Assembly: GCF_006345805.1 (NCBI RefSeq)
Contig: NC_043014.1
Coordinates: forward strand, 22,072,001-22,136,000
Reading direction: 5' to 3'
From: Octopus sinensis
Lineage: Eukaryota
DNA: 64,000 nucleotides
Shown: positions 1 through 13,026 of the stretch, one piece after another
Numbering within the stretch: the first letter of the stretch is position 1
How the letters are laid out: every line of letters starts with the position of its first letter
Translations under genes and position numbers: made by a program
Notes under the pieces: generated by a model
Told to the model about the DNA's origin: nothing
Database searches by the model: none
Seen by the model: the letters and a program-made list of their open reading frames with translations, nothing else

Positions 1-165
1 CCGATGCCGGTATTTTTACGTCCCCGTAACTTAGCGGCTCGGCAAAAGACACCCGACAGAATAAGTACTAGGCTTACAAAGAATAAGTCCTGGGGTCGAT
101 TTGCTCGACTAAAAGGCGGTGCTCCACCATGGCCACAGTCAAATGACTGAAACAAGTAAAAGAGT
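1..165 (+). mobile_element. SINE family A, 3' portion with LINE-derived tail
   Basis: Matches the full copy at 55262-55665; ends GGCGGTGCTCCACCATGGCCACAGTCAAATGACTGAAACAAGTAAAAG. Confidence 0.85.
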
Positions 166-486
166 ACTGTTGGTATTGCTATTGTTTCAATATAGGGCTG
201 TTGTAGCTGTTTTGCTGTGTTGGTTAATAGTTATCTTTGTTATAATTGTCGCTACTTTCTGTTAGTTTTAACTGTAACATCAATATATATATATATATAT
301 ATATATCATGTATGCATGCATGCATCCATCTACAAATATGTAAACTTTACAAGGCCATTATTTGAATTGTCTGATCCGGGAATTATTTTCCCTGACCTGA
401 CCATGCTTCACCGAGGTGTTCTATTGGCTTCAAATTCTGGCACAAAGCCAGCAATTTCAAGGAAGTGGGTAAATCGATTTCATCAC

Positions 487-630
487 TCCCTGACAATTAT
501 TTTATCGACTTCCGAAACGATGAAAAGTATAGTCGACCTTGGTTGAATTTGAACTCTGAACGTAAGGACGGGCAAAATGCCGCTAAGCATTCTGCCTGCC
601 ATGTTAACGATTCTGCCTGTTCACCACCTT
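487..630 (-). mobile_element. SINE family B fragment
   Basis: Reverse complement carries a diverged GAGTTCAAATT...GTCGAC...GTCGATAAAAT core seen in several other copies here (14250, 29857, 38205, 38890). Confidence 0.7.
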
Positions 631-719
631 AAACCAAAGAGTTCTATTAAGATCAGAACATGTCTGAAGATCTCACCTTCGCTGCCAGCGATCAGACTCA
701 TTCCCTCATTTATTCTTTT

Positions 720-872
720 ATTCTTTTACTTGTTTTAGTCATTTGACTGTGGCCATGCTGGAGCACCGTCTTTAGTCGAGCAAATCGACCCCAGGACTTA
801 TTCTTTGTAAGCCTATTACTTATTCTATCGAGTGTCTTTTGCCGAATCGCTAAGTTACGGGGACGTAAACGT
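720..872 (-). mobile_element. SINE family A, 3' portion
   Basis: Reverse complement of the same body and tail as 1-165. Confidence 0.85.
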
Positions 873-1009
873 ATATCTCCATTCAATTTTTCATGTGTCC
901 TCTTCTTTTCCCCTTTGGAGAATAATTTCACTAATGCAAATGACGTTTTTCTCATTACGTTTATAATATCACTCAAAAATTATTTTCGTCTTCTTTAAGT
1001 GTTGCAGTC

Positions 1010-1500
1010 TGCATACAACAACAACAACAACAACAACAACAGCAGCAGCAGCAACAGCAGTACACACATACATATCAGAAAGAGATGGGGAAGAAACGGG
1101 CAGACTAGTTCAGCATAAGGCTTTCCCCACTCTTTCCCCACTTCACACATACACAGACTACATGTCAATGTCCCAAAGAGCATTGCCATTACATTTTCCA
1201 TGTATGACCGTCTTAAAAGTGTCTACAGACAGAGGAAGCCTGAATCAGACGCCTACCCAAATAGACCTAAGTCTTGGGTGGCCTGACCACTCTGAGCTAG
1301 TGAGATGGAACAACACTAGTGTTAGTAGCAGCAGCAGTAGTAGTAGTAATAGTAGTAGTAGTTGTAGTAGTAGTAGTAGCAGTAGTATTAGTAGTGGTGG
1401 TGATGGTAGTAGTAGTGGTCGTAGTGGTGATGATGGTGGCTGTAGTGATTGTGGTGGTAGTAATAGTAGTGGTGGTGGTGGTGGGGCAGCGGTGTAGTCA
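1010..1500. repeat. Trinucleotide low-complexity tracts (CAA/CAG, TAG/TGG)
   Basis: Directly visible; source of the poly-L, poly-V and poly-S ORFs. Confidence 0.9.
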
Positions 1501-2142
1501 TGGTGCTAGTGAAGATAAAGAAGTTGGTAATGATGGACATGTGTGTAGGCATCATCAGGTTCGGGATGATGATGAAGTTGATTGTAGTTGCAGCGATGGT
1601 GTAAGTGGCATTTGTGTTTCTCAAGTTAAAAGCTGGACAAATAACCTCTTCAGTTACCTTTTCCTCTCCTCATTATCTTCATATCGTCAAATATGACACG
1701 GTATTCCTCACACCGGATTCTTTCCTCCTCGTTCTACCCCGCTAACTCTAACCATAATCCTAACTTTAATCCCCCCCACCCCCGACTCCACTCTCTTTCC
1801 CTTAACTCTCTCTCCTTTCACTTACCCCTCCCCTTCCTCTTACTCCACTCCCCTTTTCCCTAACCCACTCTCCTTCCGGTAACCCTAGCCACTTCCCTCT
1901 CACACCACCCTACTTCTACTTGATCCAAAATTCTGTCCCCATTCTCCTTCCGCCATCTTACGCTTCTTTCTTTACTCTTCTTACACCCCCACACTCCCCT
2001 GTCAATCACATTCTTCATTTTCTTTTTTTAACCAATGACCTTTGAAGGTCCTCCAAGACACGAGAGATTGGAACAGTTAATGCCCCTGTTGCCATAATTC
2101 TCAGGTGAACTGGGCTGGTACTTTTTGTATCAATCTTGAAAG

Positions 2143-2183
<41 letters not shown>

Positions 2184-2271
2184 CGTCGTCGTCGTCATCA
2201 TCATCACCATCATTATCATTATTATCATTATTATCATAATAATATATTATTATTATTATTATTATTAAGAA

Positions 2272-2437
2272 GTTAGCGATAGTAGCATTTCTTGTGGATT
2301 TTTTTTAACGTTCTGAGTTCAAATTGCCTTTCGCCCTTTCAAGGTCGATAAAATGAGTACCAGCTGAACACTGGCGTCGATGTAATCAACTTAACTCCCT
2401 TTGAAATTACTAACTTTGTGCCAAAACCCGAAACCGC
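2272..2437 (+). mobile_element. SINE family B copy
   Basis: TTCTGAGTTCAAATTGCCTTTCGCCCTTTCAAGGTCGATAAAATGAGTACCAG core; flanked by (ATT)n. Confidence 0.7.
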
Positions 2438-2468
<31 letters not shown>

Positions 2469-2527
2469 GTTGTTGTTGTTGTTGTTGTTGTTGTTATTGT
2501 TATTGTTATTGTTGTTGTTGTTGTTGT

Positions 2528-3800
2528 TTGACTTTTTGCTTTGTATTTATACAAGTTGGCTCCAAGTCTCAACCAGAGACCTCAAGAGACAACAAGTTAG
2601 AAGTTCATGCTAGTGTTATGCCTAGGGTGTCATATATTTGGTTTTGTACATAGTATTGTTGTAGAGAATGTTAAAGAAAGCATAAGAAAATTATGAGTTT
2701 GTTTTAAAATTTGAGACTACATAGACGGTATTTTAGGTTGGATATGGGCAGTTCCCATGAGCACTATCTTGAATTTCTGCCATTTTGGAGTTTTCTGGTA
2801 TCTGAGCTAGGTAGCAATCAGCCCCTTTTGCTATCATTCCTAAGGCACCTATGACAATAGGTATTGTTTTATTCTTAAGGTTCCACATTTTGCCAATTTC
2901 TATTTCAAGATCTTTATACTTGCTCAGTTTCTGGTAGGTCTTGACATATACATTTATATCGATTGGGTCAGTCATATCAATGAGGAAGCATGATTTTTGT
3001 CAGAAGTCTTTCAATATAATGTTTGGCATCTATCTTTTTGTCAGTTTGTTCTAGAGGAATGAGATGTGATCATTTTCAAGCACTGGAGGTGGTTTGTGTT
3101 CCTACCAGTTTTTTTATTTTGGGGCAGGTTCAGGTTTTTGCAAATTACCCAGTGAATATATTGTGCTGCTCTATCATGCCTGTGAGATACTCTGTAGGCA
3201 CAAGAAGACTGCACATAGAGACAACATGATCGATGGTTTCGTTTTGTTGTTGACATACACGACATGGGCTACTGCTGTTCTTTAATATGTTGGCCTGGCA
3301 GTTTCTTGTAGGTAGACATTGATATTGGGCTGCTATGATAAACCTTTGTGTTTCAGATTTTAAGCCAGAAGCCACAAACCGTTGATGGGTAAGGGCTTTG
3401 TCAACCTCGGCACTATTAGTTCTCTTTGGGTATTTGCCATTGAGAGGTTTTTCTTGCCATTTATCAGTAAGAATATCTAAGGCAGCAGTTTTAGTACGGG
3501 TTTTCTTATGCTTAGCTTTTTCTGTGCTTGTTTCTAGTACGACTCATTCTGGAATTTGTTGTATTTGGAATTCACTTTGATATTCCTTTGTCTGTTTTAT
3601 TACTGAGTATAATGTTTTCTTGTTTCATGCTTTGAGACAAGTTTTAACATCCAGTCATCAGAGTTTTTCAGATAGGTGTCTCGGCCAATTGTGGCAATCT
3701 TTATTGTTAATTCCAGTTGTAAAAGTCTACGGCCACCCTCTTTTCTTGGCAGGTAAAGTCGTTCTATATCTGCCTTAGGGTGATGCATTCATTGCATTGT
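2528..3800 (-). mobile_element. 5'-truncated R4/Dong-like non-LTR retrotransposon (RLE type), decayed
   Basis: ORF pieces HHPKADIERLYLPRKEGGR, GLKSETQRFIIAAQ, CRVCQQQNETIDHVVSMC (CCHC knuckle), RHDRAAQYIHW and KYKDLEIEI...IPIVIGALG; both ends in (TAA/CAA)n. Confidence 0.85.
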
Positions 3801-3805
3801 CAACA

Positions 3806-4633
<828 letters not shown>

Positions 4634-5532
4634 CATTATTATTATTATTGTGGATGATATCTCAAAACAAAGCAGTGTCGAACTGCCGAAGACTTTGTCT
4701 TTGCCTTCACCATTGTAACAAGAGAGAACGTGTTAAGTGAATTTCCCCGACTAAGAAGCGAAACTGCATCACAAATAAAACTACTGACTCTCCGACAAGT
4801 AACTATCACAGTACAGCGCGTGCAGGTGGATGATATGAGAGAAAAACATGTCGGTGATATTACAAAAATTGTTTTGTATTTAAACATACTGACATGTAAA
4901 ACAAAGCGATGATATTTTCCACATTGGATATTTACAGATTCCACAAGCCATATCATCTTACATTATCATATTAATAAATGTAATGCCTGTTAACGGTCAT
5001 TCAACCTGCTTTGTGCAGCATCAACCGGGTTAGATTCCAGTAGGTGGCGCCGTGACGTGAGGTCACCAGTGGGATATTGCCTTGGTGAAGCGAACGTTGA
5101 GGAAGATGTTTAAGACTTAAGCTCTCAGTCATAATACAGACGTTAGTATTTTATTCCAAATATACAGCAACGATCTATTTTCTTCAATACACTTAGTAGC
5201 TTATTCTCAGTATATAACTAATTTATAGTATATACCTTGTAGTTTATGTTTTGCTGCCTCTTCAACAATCGTTTTTAACTTTTTAGTGACCTATATCAGA
5301 AGTCGTAAGTTTCATTGTAACTAAAACATGAAAATTAGTGAATATAGAATACAATTACGTATATTATAACTAATGAAATATTTTGCATAATATAAAAGTA
5401 ATGAGCTAAAAATTGTTTGGTTTGTGTCACGGTGCCTTTTTTTCTGTGCTCGCTCCTCCTAACTTTAGAACCTGGCTACCCCTCTGATATATATGTAAAT
5501 CTCTAAATGTAAATTTTGTATTATTTGATTCT

Positions 5533-5618
5533 CTGAAGAATTGCTAATAGAAGATTTCTTATATGTTTATCCTACACGTACAATTTTGTAATTTGTATTA
5601 GCAAACAAAACATGTGTA
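5533..5618 (+). ncRNA. Degenerate hammerhead-like relic, possible PLE terminal repeat
   Basis: CTGAAGA, 9-bp stem TTGCTAATA/TATTAGCAA, C-AAAAC-ATGT-GTA, then AATAAA; GAAA box mutated and stem I poor. Confidence 0.3.
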
Positions 5619-5801
5619 ATGGTGAATAAATAATACTAAAATCTTTTCCAATCTCCTTTTTTCATACATAATTACTCTGCAAAAAATATTTCCTAAATGT
5701 TCAACTCTTATGCGTATAACAACTACACACGGAATTGGAATATTGGAATAAGCAGATGTGTTTCAAGAGGACAAATCTTTGATTTGAACTCTACTTACAT
5801 A

Positions 5802-5864
<63 letters not shown>

Positions 5865-6291
5865 ACACATATATATTCATACATACACACTTATATACCT
5901 TAAGTTCAAACAAACGATATTGAGCATTAACAGATAGAATTAAAATATTTTTGTATAAATTCATTCGTATTAATACAAAATCCTATTTTACCATAAGAAA
6001 AACAAAATGCAGAGTGATATATGAAGGTGCATCACACACGTACGCACATACACAGGTATATACACACATACACACGCACGCATGCGTGCGTACAAACACA
6101 CACACACACACACACACACACAAGCGCACATTCAGCCAAAGAGGGAGCCTTTCTGTCAATATTTCTCAGTTAGCACACTATTATCCTTAAAAATTATGGA
6201 CACGTTGGCCAATATAGTTCTGGATATATAAGAATGTCTGGATAATTATGAGTCTACTCGATTAGGGCTAACCTATAAATAAACACGTAGA

Positions 6292-6600
6292 GGCACATGG
6301 CCTAGTGGTTAGAGCAGTGGATTTGCGGTCGAGGGATCGCGGGTTCGAATTTCAGTCCAGGCGATGTGTGTGTTTATGAGCGAAACACCTAAGCTCCACG
6401 CGGCTCCGGCAGAAGGTAATGGCGAACTTCTGCAGACTTTTTCGCCACGACTTTCTCTCACTCTTTCCTCCTGCATCTTGCAGCTCACCTGCGACAGACC
6501 GGCGTCCCGTTCAGGTGGGGAGCCTATACGCCAAGAAACCGGGAGACCGGCCCTTATGAGCCAGGCATGGCTCGAGAAGGAACAAACAATAAACACAATA
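6292..6600 (+). mobile_element. tRNA-derived SINE family C
   Basis: A box TGGCCTAGTGGTT, B box GGTTCGAATTT; internal CCTGCGACAGACCGGCGTCCCGTTCAGG resembles the V-SINE domain (recall). Confidence 0.75.
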
Positions 6601-7259
6601 CAAACACGTACATGCATAGTCTGTAGAAAATGTGGACGTGAGAGATAACAGCAGTAAATTACATGTAATAGTTGTCTTTATTTTCTACGTAGCACTCGAA
6701 GTATAGATCTCTACCATCTTATATCGCACCATAATTAATGAAGTTAAATGACATTTGTTCAGTCCCCAAATTTTGCAATTACAGTTTTGATGGTACAACA
6801 ATTCCTGGGCAAAATACTTCATAAGCTCTCTCTTTGCACACCAGGCTAACGATATTGTTTAGACTAATAAAGGACTCGAAGTATTCTTATGGTAAGATCC
6901 GAGGTTATAGTTTATCACCATTCTATATTGTAAATCTGTGTTTGCGCTCCAGTTACACAGAGTGATATACAAGACAAAATGGAAATAATGGTCATTACAT
7001 ATTTTTCCTTTATTGGAGTAAATTTGGCTTACAGCTGTTTCCAGTAATCGTTATAGGTTTGTTACTGATTAGGTTTCTCAAGTGATCAGTTGTTTAAGTT
7101 TAATACCTATAAAATTAATGCTATTTTTAGGTAGATCAACTTTTCTCAACTAATCAATAGACCAATTAAGTAAACCTATCAGTAACGAACCTATAATGAC
7201 AACTGGAAACAGCTGTAAGCCAAATTTACTACAATAAAAAAGAATATGCAATGACCATA

Positions 7260-7303
<44 letters not shown>

Positions 7304-7406
7304 TATATAACGGGAAGCTTTATGAAAATAAACAAAAGACGAAGGCAGGTGGAAGACAAACGAACAATTGTATTAGTATGGCGCTCAGAAATATAAATAA
7401 AACAAG

Positions 7407-7444
7407 TCTTTAACGTTTCGAGCCTACGCTCTTCAACAGAAAGA
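7407..7444 (-). ncRNA. Minimal type I hammerhead-like fold, core variant CUGUUGA
   Basis: UCUUU-CUGUUGA-A-GAGC(GUAG)GCUC-GAAAC-GUU-AAAGA. Confidence 0.55.
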
Positions 7445-8331
7445 TACACAGAGAGAGAAAAACACAGAAAGAAGGAGAGAAAAAAAATGCGTGCAGTAGC
7501 TAACGAATCAACATGGCGATCTGATTTCGGCCAGAGGTCAAAGATCAAACATGAGACGCGAGAGCGAAATAAGGAGATAATAGGGTTGATAAAAGGGTTG
7601 AGTGACCAGCTAAAAGTGCGTGGGAGGGGTCTGGATGTGTGTATGTATAGGTTGGTGTATGTATTAGTATGTATACGGGTGTGTGTGTTGTGTGTGTGTG
7701 TGTGTATGAGAGAGTATTAGTGCGTAAGATTGGTCTGGACGTGCGTATGTATGGGGTTGGTGTATGTATGTATGTATTAGTATGTATTAGTACGTATTGG
7801 TATGTATAGGTGTGTGTGTGTGTGTGTGAGAGAGTATAAGTGCGTATGCGGGGTCTGGACGTGTGTATGTATAGGGTTGGTGTAAGTATTAGTATGTACT
7901 AGTATGTATTAGTACGTATTAGTATGTATTAGTTGGTGTGTGTATTAGTATGGCACATCATATGTGATGTGATGTGTAAAGTCATGTGGTGTAGTGAGGA
8001 GAAGAGGGGGAGGGGAGAGAAGGGGAGGGGAGAAGAGGGGGGAGAGAAGGGGAGGGGAGAAGAGGGGGGAGAGAAGGGGAGGGGAAGAAGAGGGGGAGGA
8101 GAAGGGGGAAGAGGAGACGATGGGGGAGAAGGAAGGTGAGGAGGGGGATGAAGGAGGAAAGAGGGAGAGGGGGAGAGAGAGAAGGGGAGAGAGGGAGTGA
8201 GGGAGCAGAGGGAAGGGGAAGAGGGAGGGAGAAAGAGGGAAGAAGGGAAGGGGAGTAGGGGTGAAAGGATGAAGGACTGAAGAAGTAGGGGTCGGGGGGA
8301 GAAAGGATAGGTGAGGAGGGGGAGAGGGGGG

Positions 8332-8697
8332 TTAGATGAGGAGGGGGGGAGAGTTGAGACCAAATGGCGTATAAGAGCGAAGAGAGAAGATTAATTCCTG
8401 TTCACGGCGCAAACGGGAATCCGGATGGCCTCTGTGTAAGGACAAACCGAACACAGATAGGTGTTGCAAGGAGTGACCGGTGGAGCGGAAATGGCGTGAG
8501 ACCGGTGTGTCGTTCGCAAGGTGGATGTCACGAAGGTGTTCCGCGAACCGGTCAGCCAAGCGGCGTCCCGTTTGTCCGATGTACAAGGAATTGCAGAGAG
8601 AGCAAGAGATGCAATAGATAATATTGCTGGAGGTGCAGGTGAAGGAGTGGATGATGGGATAGGGTCGATGGTGGGTGCTAGTGAGGCGGGTGGTGTT
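8332..8697 (-). pseudogene. GIY-YIG endonuclease domain fragment of a PLE
   Basis: FTCTSSNIIYCISCSLCNSLYIGQTGRRLADRFAEH...VSRHF...REQELIFSL; no RT upstream. Confidence 0.85.
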
Positions 8698-8951
8698 ATA
8701 TATATATATATATATATACATATATAAGTAGGTGAATATATATATATATATATATATATACATACATAAGTAGGTGAATGAATTATCCTATGTTTATTGT
8801 CAGCATGGAAAATTCGTTTAACCGAAACCTGGGTAGCAAATTCACGTCAGAAAACACGGTTGAAGCGACCTGTCAAGGGTAGAAATTTATGTGTTGTATA
8901 TGAATAAATGAAAGAATGGAGTCGAACGAAGATGTTAACAAAATTCCTTTA

Positions 8952-9033
8952 CTCTCGACACATGTTTCGAAGACAGCATATTTTCATTCCGAAGGAATAA
9001 AGGGTGCATTATGCAATCTTCTCATCAGGAAAG
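8952..9033 (-). ncRNA. Type I hammerhead ribozyme (left-arm copy)
   Basis: Mirror of 13027-13108 with intact CUGAUGA, GAAAC and GUC. Confidence 0.75.
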
Positions 9034-9477
9034 AAAAGGAGCCTCTCTCAACAACAAGACAAACAAAAATTTCGATGATTGCCTACATGGCAACCAAAGC
9101 GATAATGAGTGTTTTTTTTTTAAAATCCGTTATAAGCATTGACGTCAAAAATAGATAGTAGGAGGAAGTAAAAATAGGTAGGAGACAGTATGTTTGCTGT
9201 ATGTATGGAAATGTGTGGGTGTGTGCTTGTGTTAATGAGTGCGTGTGTTTATGTGTGTGTGTATATAACTGCATTTGTGTCTGTGTGTGTGAGTGTGTGT
9301 GTGTGAGAGTGAGACAGACGTCAAAGATAGGTAGTAGTAAGGGAAGATATAAAGGAGTAATAGGTAGGGAAGGGGAAGTGTACGTTGATTGAAAGAATGT
9401 TCGGAGGCTTAGGGAAGAATTTCTCTATAGCAGTGGTGTGGTCGTGAAGCTAATTGTTAAAACCACAGTGACTATCG

Positions 9478-10968
9478 TTATAAGGGAAGGTTCGATTTAA
9501 TTTGTTTTCCGAAAGGTATTACAAACCAGATACAGTTTTTTGTGGACTTTGAATTGTTCTTAGTGTGATTTGTGATAGTAAGGGGAAAATTTCTGTGTTG
9601 GAAATTTGGGGTTGCATGGCGCTTACCTCCCCTAGTCCGTAAAGAATTTATTTTATGTACAGGGGTGCTGGCACTATTAGAATTGAAATCATTATTCCTA
9701 TTACGAGTAACTTTACTATCTTGAGAAGCAGATGTTGGTTTAGAATGAGCTGGGTCGATGTATGACACTTATTCCTTATAACCGGCTCTTGACAAAGCGG
9801 CGTTATAGAATTCTGATTTTTGGTTAAAGATGTCGACATTAGCAGATAATTTGGACAGTCTCAGAGATATGTTTTTAACTAAATTATCGGTAATTGGCTT
9901 GGCATGGTTACTAAAAATGCTGATATACTTAAGATTAGTGGAAGGTTTATGATAAGGGAAGTATGAGTTATTCTGCAGATTGAGGGTAATGTCCAAGAAG
10001 TTGGCTTTAGTTAATTCATCGTCAAAAACTATGCGCCAGCCCATTCTACTAAAAAACCTAACTAATTTGTTCTTAACCTTCTGTATTTTTTGGTTCGAAG
10101 CGTTTTGGAGGTAAAGCAGACAATCGTCGTGATAAAGACCTCCACAGATGTCCGGTAATTGGTCGGCCATTTCATAAAGAATATAAATTCCGACCAAATC
10201 GGCTATCTAGGCGCTGTCTGTACTTCCCATTAGTACATCAAACGCATTAGGGGTATCTCTACGGACCCACAACTTGCTATCAAACTATATGAAAGATTTC
10301 CTAGCTGTCAATATCACACTAATTTCCTCCCTGGAGAGGCCTGTCTTATTGTGTGCGTGCCGTAGGGCCTTATTATGTACAATAGGGTTGATTGAAGGAT
10401 AGAAACTAGATATATCGAATTGTATAAATTTAGTGTTGGCCCCATCAGTAATAGAAGTAAACCAATCTACGACTTGAACAAAATTGGACCATAAGCTAAG
10501 TTTTAATTTATTAATTAATATAGGGATATACTTATCTAATATGTATTTACTAAGGGTGCCAATGTCTGAACTGGAAGGGCATATGAGCCGCAATGCTGGG
10601 TTGGTGTGAAAGTTCTGTTTGTGGTCCTTTAAGATGAATCTGGGTTGTCTGGGGTTCAATGGTTGCGTCTTCATCTGTAATCCGTAAGTCTCCATAATCT
10701 TCTTAGTTTCTAAGTTGGCCTGCCTGAGCGTATTCCTACTGGTGGTCCTGTAATTCTTATGTATCTCCCTTTTGAGCAGTTCTAAATAATGGCTCTTGGT
10801 AAGCTTATATGTGTTGCCGGTTTTATCCGATTGGACCAGGATGGAGTCTAATCTGTTTATATCTCTAGAGACTTTATCGAGGTATCTGAGGTGTTTATTC
10901 CTGGGAGGGGATTTATGAAATTTAATATTCCTTACGATGTCCCAAAGATCATCTTCGAATTTCTTCAA
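9478..10968 (-). pseudogene. PLE reverse transcriptase, disrupted by in-frame stops, endonuclease deleted
   Basis: SDKTG, LKDHK, FDISSFYPS, MGSTDSA*IADLVG, LYHDD motifs; stops near 10285 and 10205. Confidence 0.85.
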
Positions 10969-11135
10969 TCTAGATAGCTGATTTGGTCGGAATTTATATT
11001 CTTTATGAAATGGCCGACCAATTCCCGGACATCTGTGGAGGTCTTTATCGCGACGATTGTCTGCTTTACCTCCAAAACGCTTCGAACCAAAGAATATAGA
11101 AGGTTAAGAACAAATTAGTTAGGTTTTTTAGTAGA

Positions 11136-12539
11136 ATGGGCTTGCGCATAGTTTTTGACGATGAATTAACTAAAGCCAACTTCTTGGACATTACCCTCAA
11201 TCTGCAGAATAACTCATACTTCCCTTATCATAAACCTTCCACTAATCTTAAGTATATCAGCATTTTCAGTAATCATGCCAAGCCAATTACCGATAATTTA
11301 GTTAAAAACATATCTCTGAGACTGTCCAAATTATCTGCTAATGTCGACATCTTTAACCAAAAATCAGAATTCTATAACGCCGCTTTGTCAAGAGCCGGTT
11401 ATAAGGAAAAAGTGTCATACATCGACCCAGCTCATTCTAAACCAGCATCTGCTTCTCAAGATAGTAAAGTTACTCGTAATAGGAATAATGATTTCAATTC
11501 TAATAGTGCCAGCACCCCTGTACATAAAATAAATTCTTTACGGACAAGGGGAAGTAAGCGCTATGCAACCCCAAATTTCCAACACAGAAATTTTCCCCTT
11601 ACTATCACAAATAACACTAAGAACAATTCAAAGTCCACAAAAAACTGTATCTGGTTTGTAATACCTTTCGGAAAAAAAATTAAATCGAACCTTCCCTTAC
11701 AGTTCCGTGAAGCCGTTGCTAGGAACTTTCCCAGAAATTCTAGATATCATTCTATTATCAATTCCCGCAAAGTCAGAATCGCTTTCTCTAACACTAGGAA
11801 TCTTTCACAAATTATATCTTCCCACAATACCAAGCTGCTAAACAAAGATTCTTCACCCGGCAGTTCCAACACTAATCTTACCAATTCCAACCCATCATAC
11901 AATCATAATAATAGAAATAGTATTAACAGTACCAGCATTGGTAGCAGCGATAGTGTTAACAATAATAATATTAATAATAGTATTAGTCGGGTTAATAACA
12001 TTGGTAGTGTCGATGGTAACAACAATAACGGTATTATTGTCGGTGATATTGCTGGTTGTAGTACAATTAATAATACTAATAATAATAGAAATAGTGTAGT
12101 TGTTAGCCCTAGTATTAATAAAAACAACAATCAAAACAATAAAAACTTCGTCTCGATCTCGGAGGACAACCCTAACAGAATAAAATTTTTGTCTAGTAAT
12201 TCCAAAATTAAGAATTCCATTTACCAGTGTAGAATTTCTTCCGGTACCGATGTTTTCTTCTATATAGGAGCGTCCACTTCTCAGTTATCCAAGAGAATTT
12301 CTAACCACTATTCGACATTCAGAGATAGGAAAAAACGACATAGTTTAGGGCTAAGTAAATTAGTTTGGCGTCTTAAAGACAACAATATAACTTTCAAATT
12401 GGATTGGTTCATATTGTCTGTATCCTTTCCTTTTGATAAGGGCAGGAGATTTTGTAACTCTGAGCTCTTCCATATTCTTTTCGCTGAGGTTCCCCTAGTA
12501 AACACACTCATAGAAAAATCGTACAAATGTAAACATTGA
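11136..12539 (+). CDS. PLE ORF C-terminal half: RT thumb region, Asn-rich linker, GIY-YIG endonuclease (5'-truncated copy)
   Basis: 467 aa open; FLDITLNL...YHKP, IYQC...FYIGAST...KRISNH; GLYRDDCL lies just upstream in frame behind a TAG at about 11096. Confidence 0.8.
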   Translation: MGLRIVFDDELTKANFLDITLNLQNNSYFPYHKPSTNLKYISIFSNHAKPITDNLVKNISLRLSKLSANVDIFNQKSEFYNAALSRAGYKEKVSYIDPAHSKPASASQDSKVTRNRNNDFNSNSASTPVHKINSLRTRGSKRYATPNFQHRNFPLTITNNTKNNSKSTKNCIWFVIPFGKKIKSNLPLQFREAVARNFPRNSRYHSIINSRKVRIAFSNTRNLSQIISSHNTKLLNKDSSPGSSNTNLTNSNPSYNHNNRNSINSTSIGSSDSVNNNNINNSISRVNNIGSVDGNNNNGIIVGDIAGCSTINNTNNNRNSVVVSPSINKNNNQNNKNFVSISEDNPNRIKFLSSNSKIKNSIYQCRISSGTDVFFYIGASTSQLSKRISNHYSTFRDRKKRHSLGLSKLVWRLKDNNITFKLDWFILSVSFPFDKGRRFCNSELFHILFAEVPLVNTLIEKSYKCKH

Positions 12540-13026
12540 CAGAAACACACTTTCTACTCATATAAATGATAACGATAGTCACTGTGGTTTTAACAATTAG
12601 CTTCACGTCCACACCACTGCTATAGAGAAATTCTTCCCTAAGCCTCCGAACATTCTTTCAATCAACGTACACTTCCCCTTCCCTACCTATTACTCCTTTA
12701 TAGCTTCCCTTACTACTACCTATCTTTGACGTCTGTCTCACTCTCACACACACAATCACACACACAGACACAAATGCAGTTATATACACACACACATACA
12801 CACACACATAAACACACGCACTCATTAACACAAGCACACACCCACACATTTCCATACATACAGCAAACATACTGTCCCCTACCTATTTTTACTTCTTCCT
12901 ACTATCTATTTTTGACGTCAATGCTTATAACGGATTTTAAAAAAAAAACACTCATTATCGCTTTGGTTGCCATGTAGGCAATCATCGAAATTTTTGTTTG
13001 TCTTGTTGTTGAGAGAGGCTCCTTTT

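Larger units (their letters stand above)
7310..8697 (-). mobile_element. 5'-truncated Penelope-like element (Neptune-like GIY-YIG end plus 3' UTR/pLTR)
   Basis: GIY-YIG ORF end at 8332-8697, simple-repeat 3' UTR, hammerhead-like motif at 7407-7444; (TA)n at both ends. Confidence 0.8.

Noticed and set aside
6292-6365. tRNA-like sequence (also 40415, 55262)
   Set aside because: A and B boxes present, but no complete cloverleaf and it continues into a SINE body.
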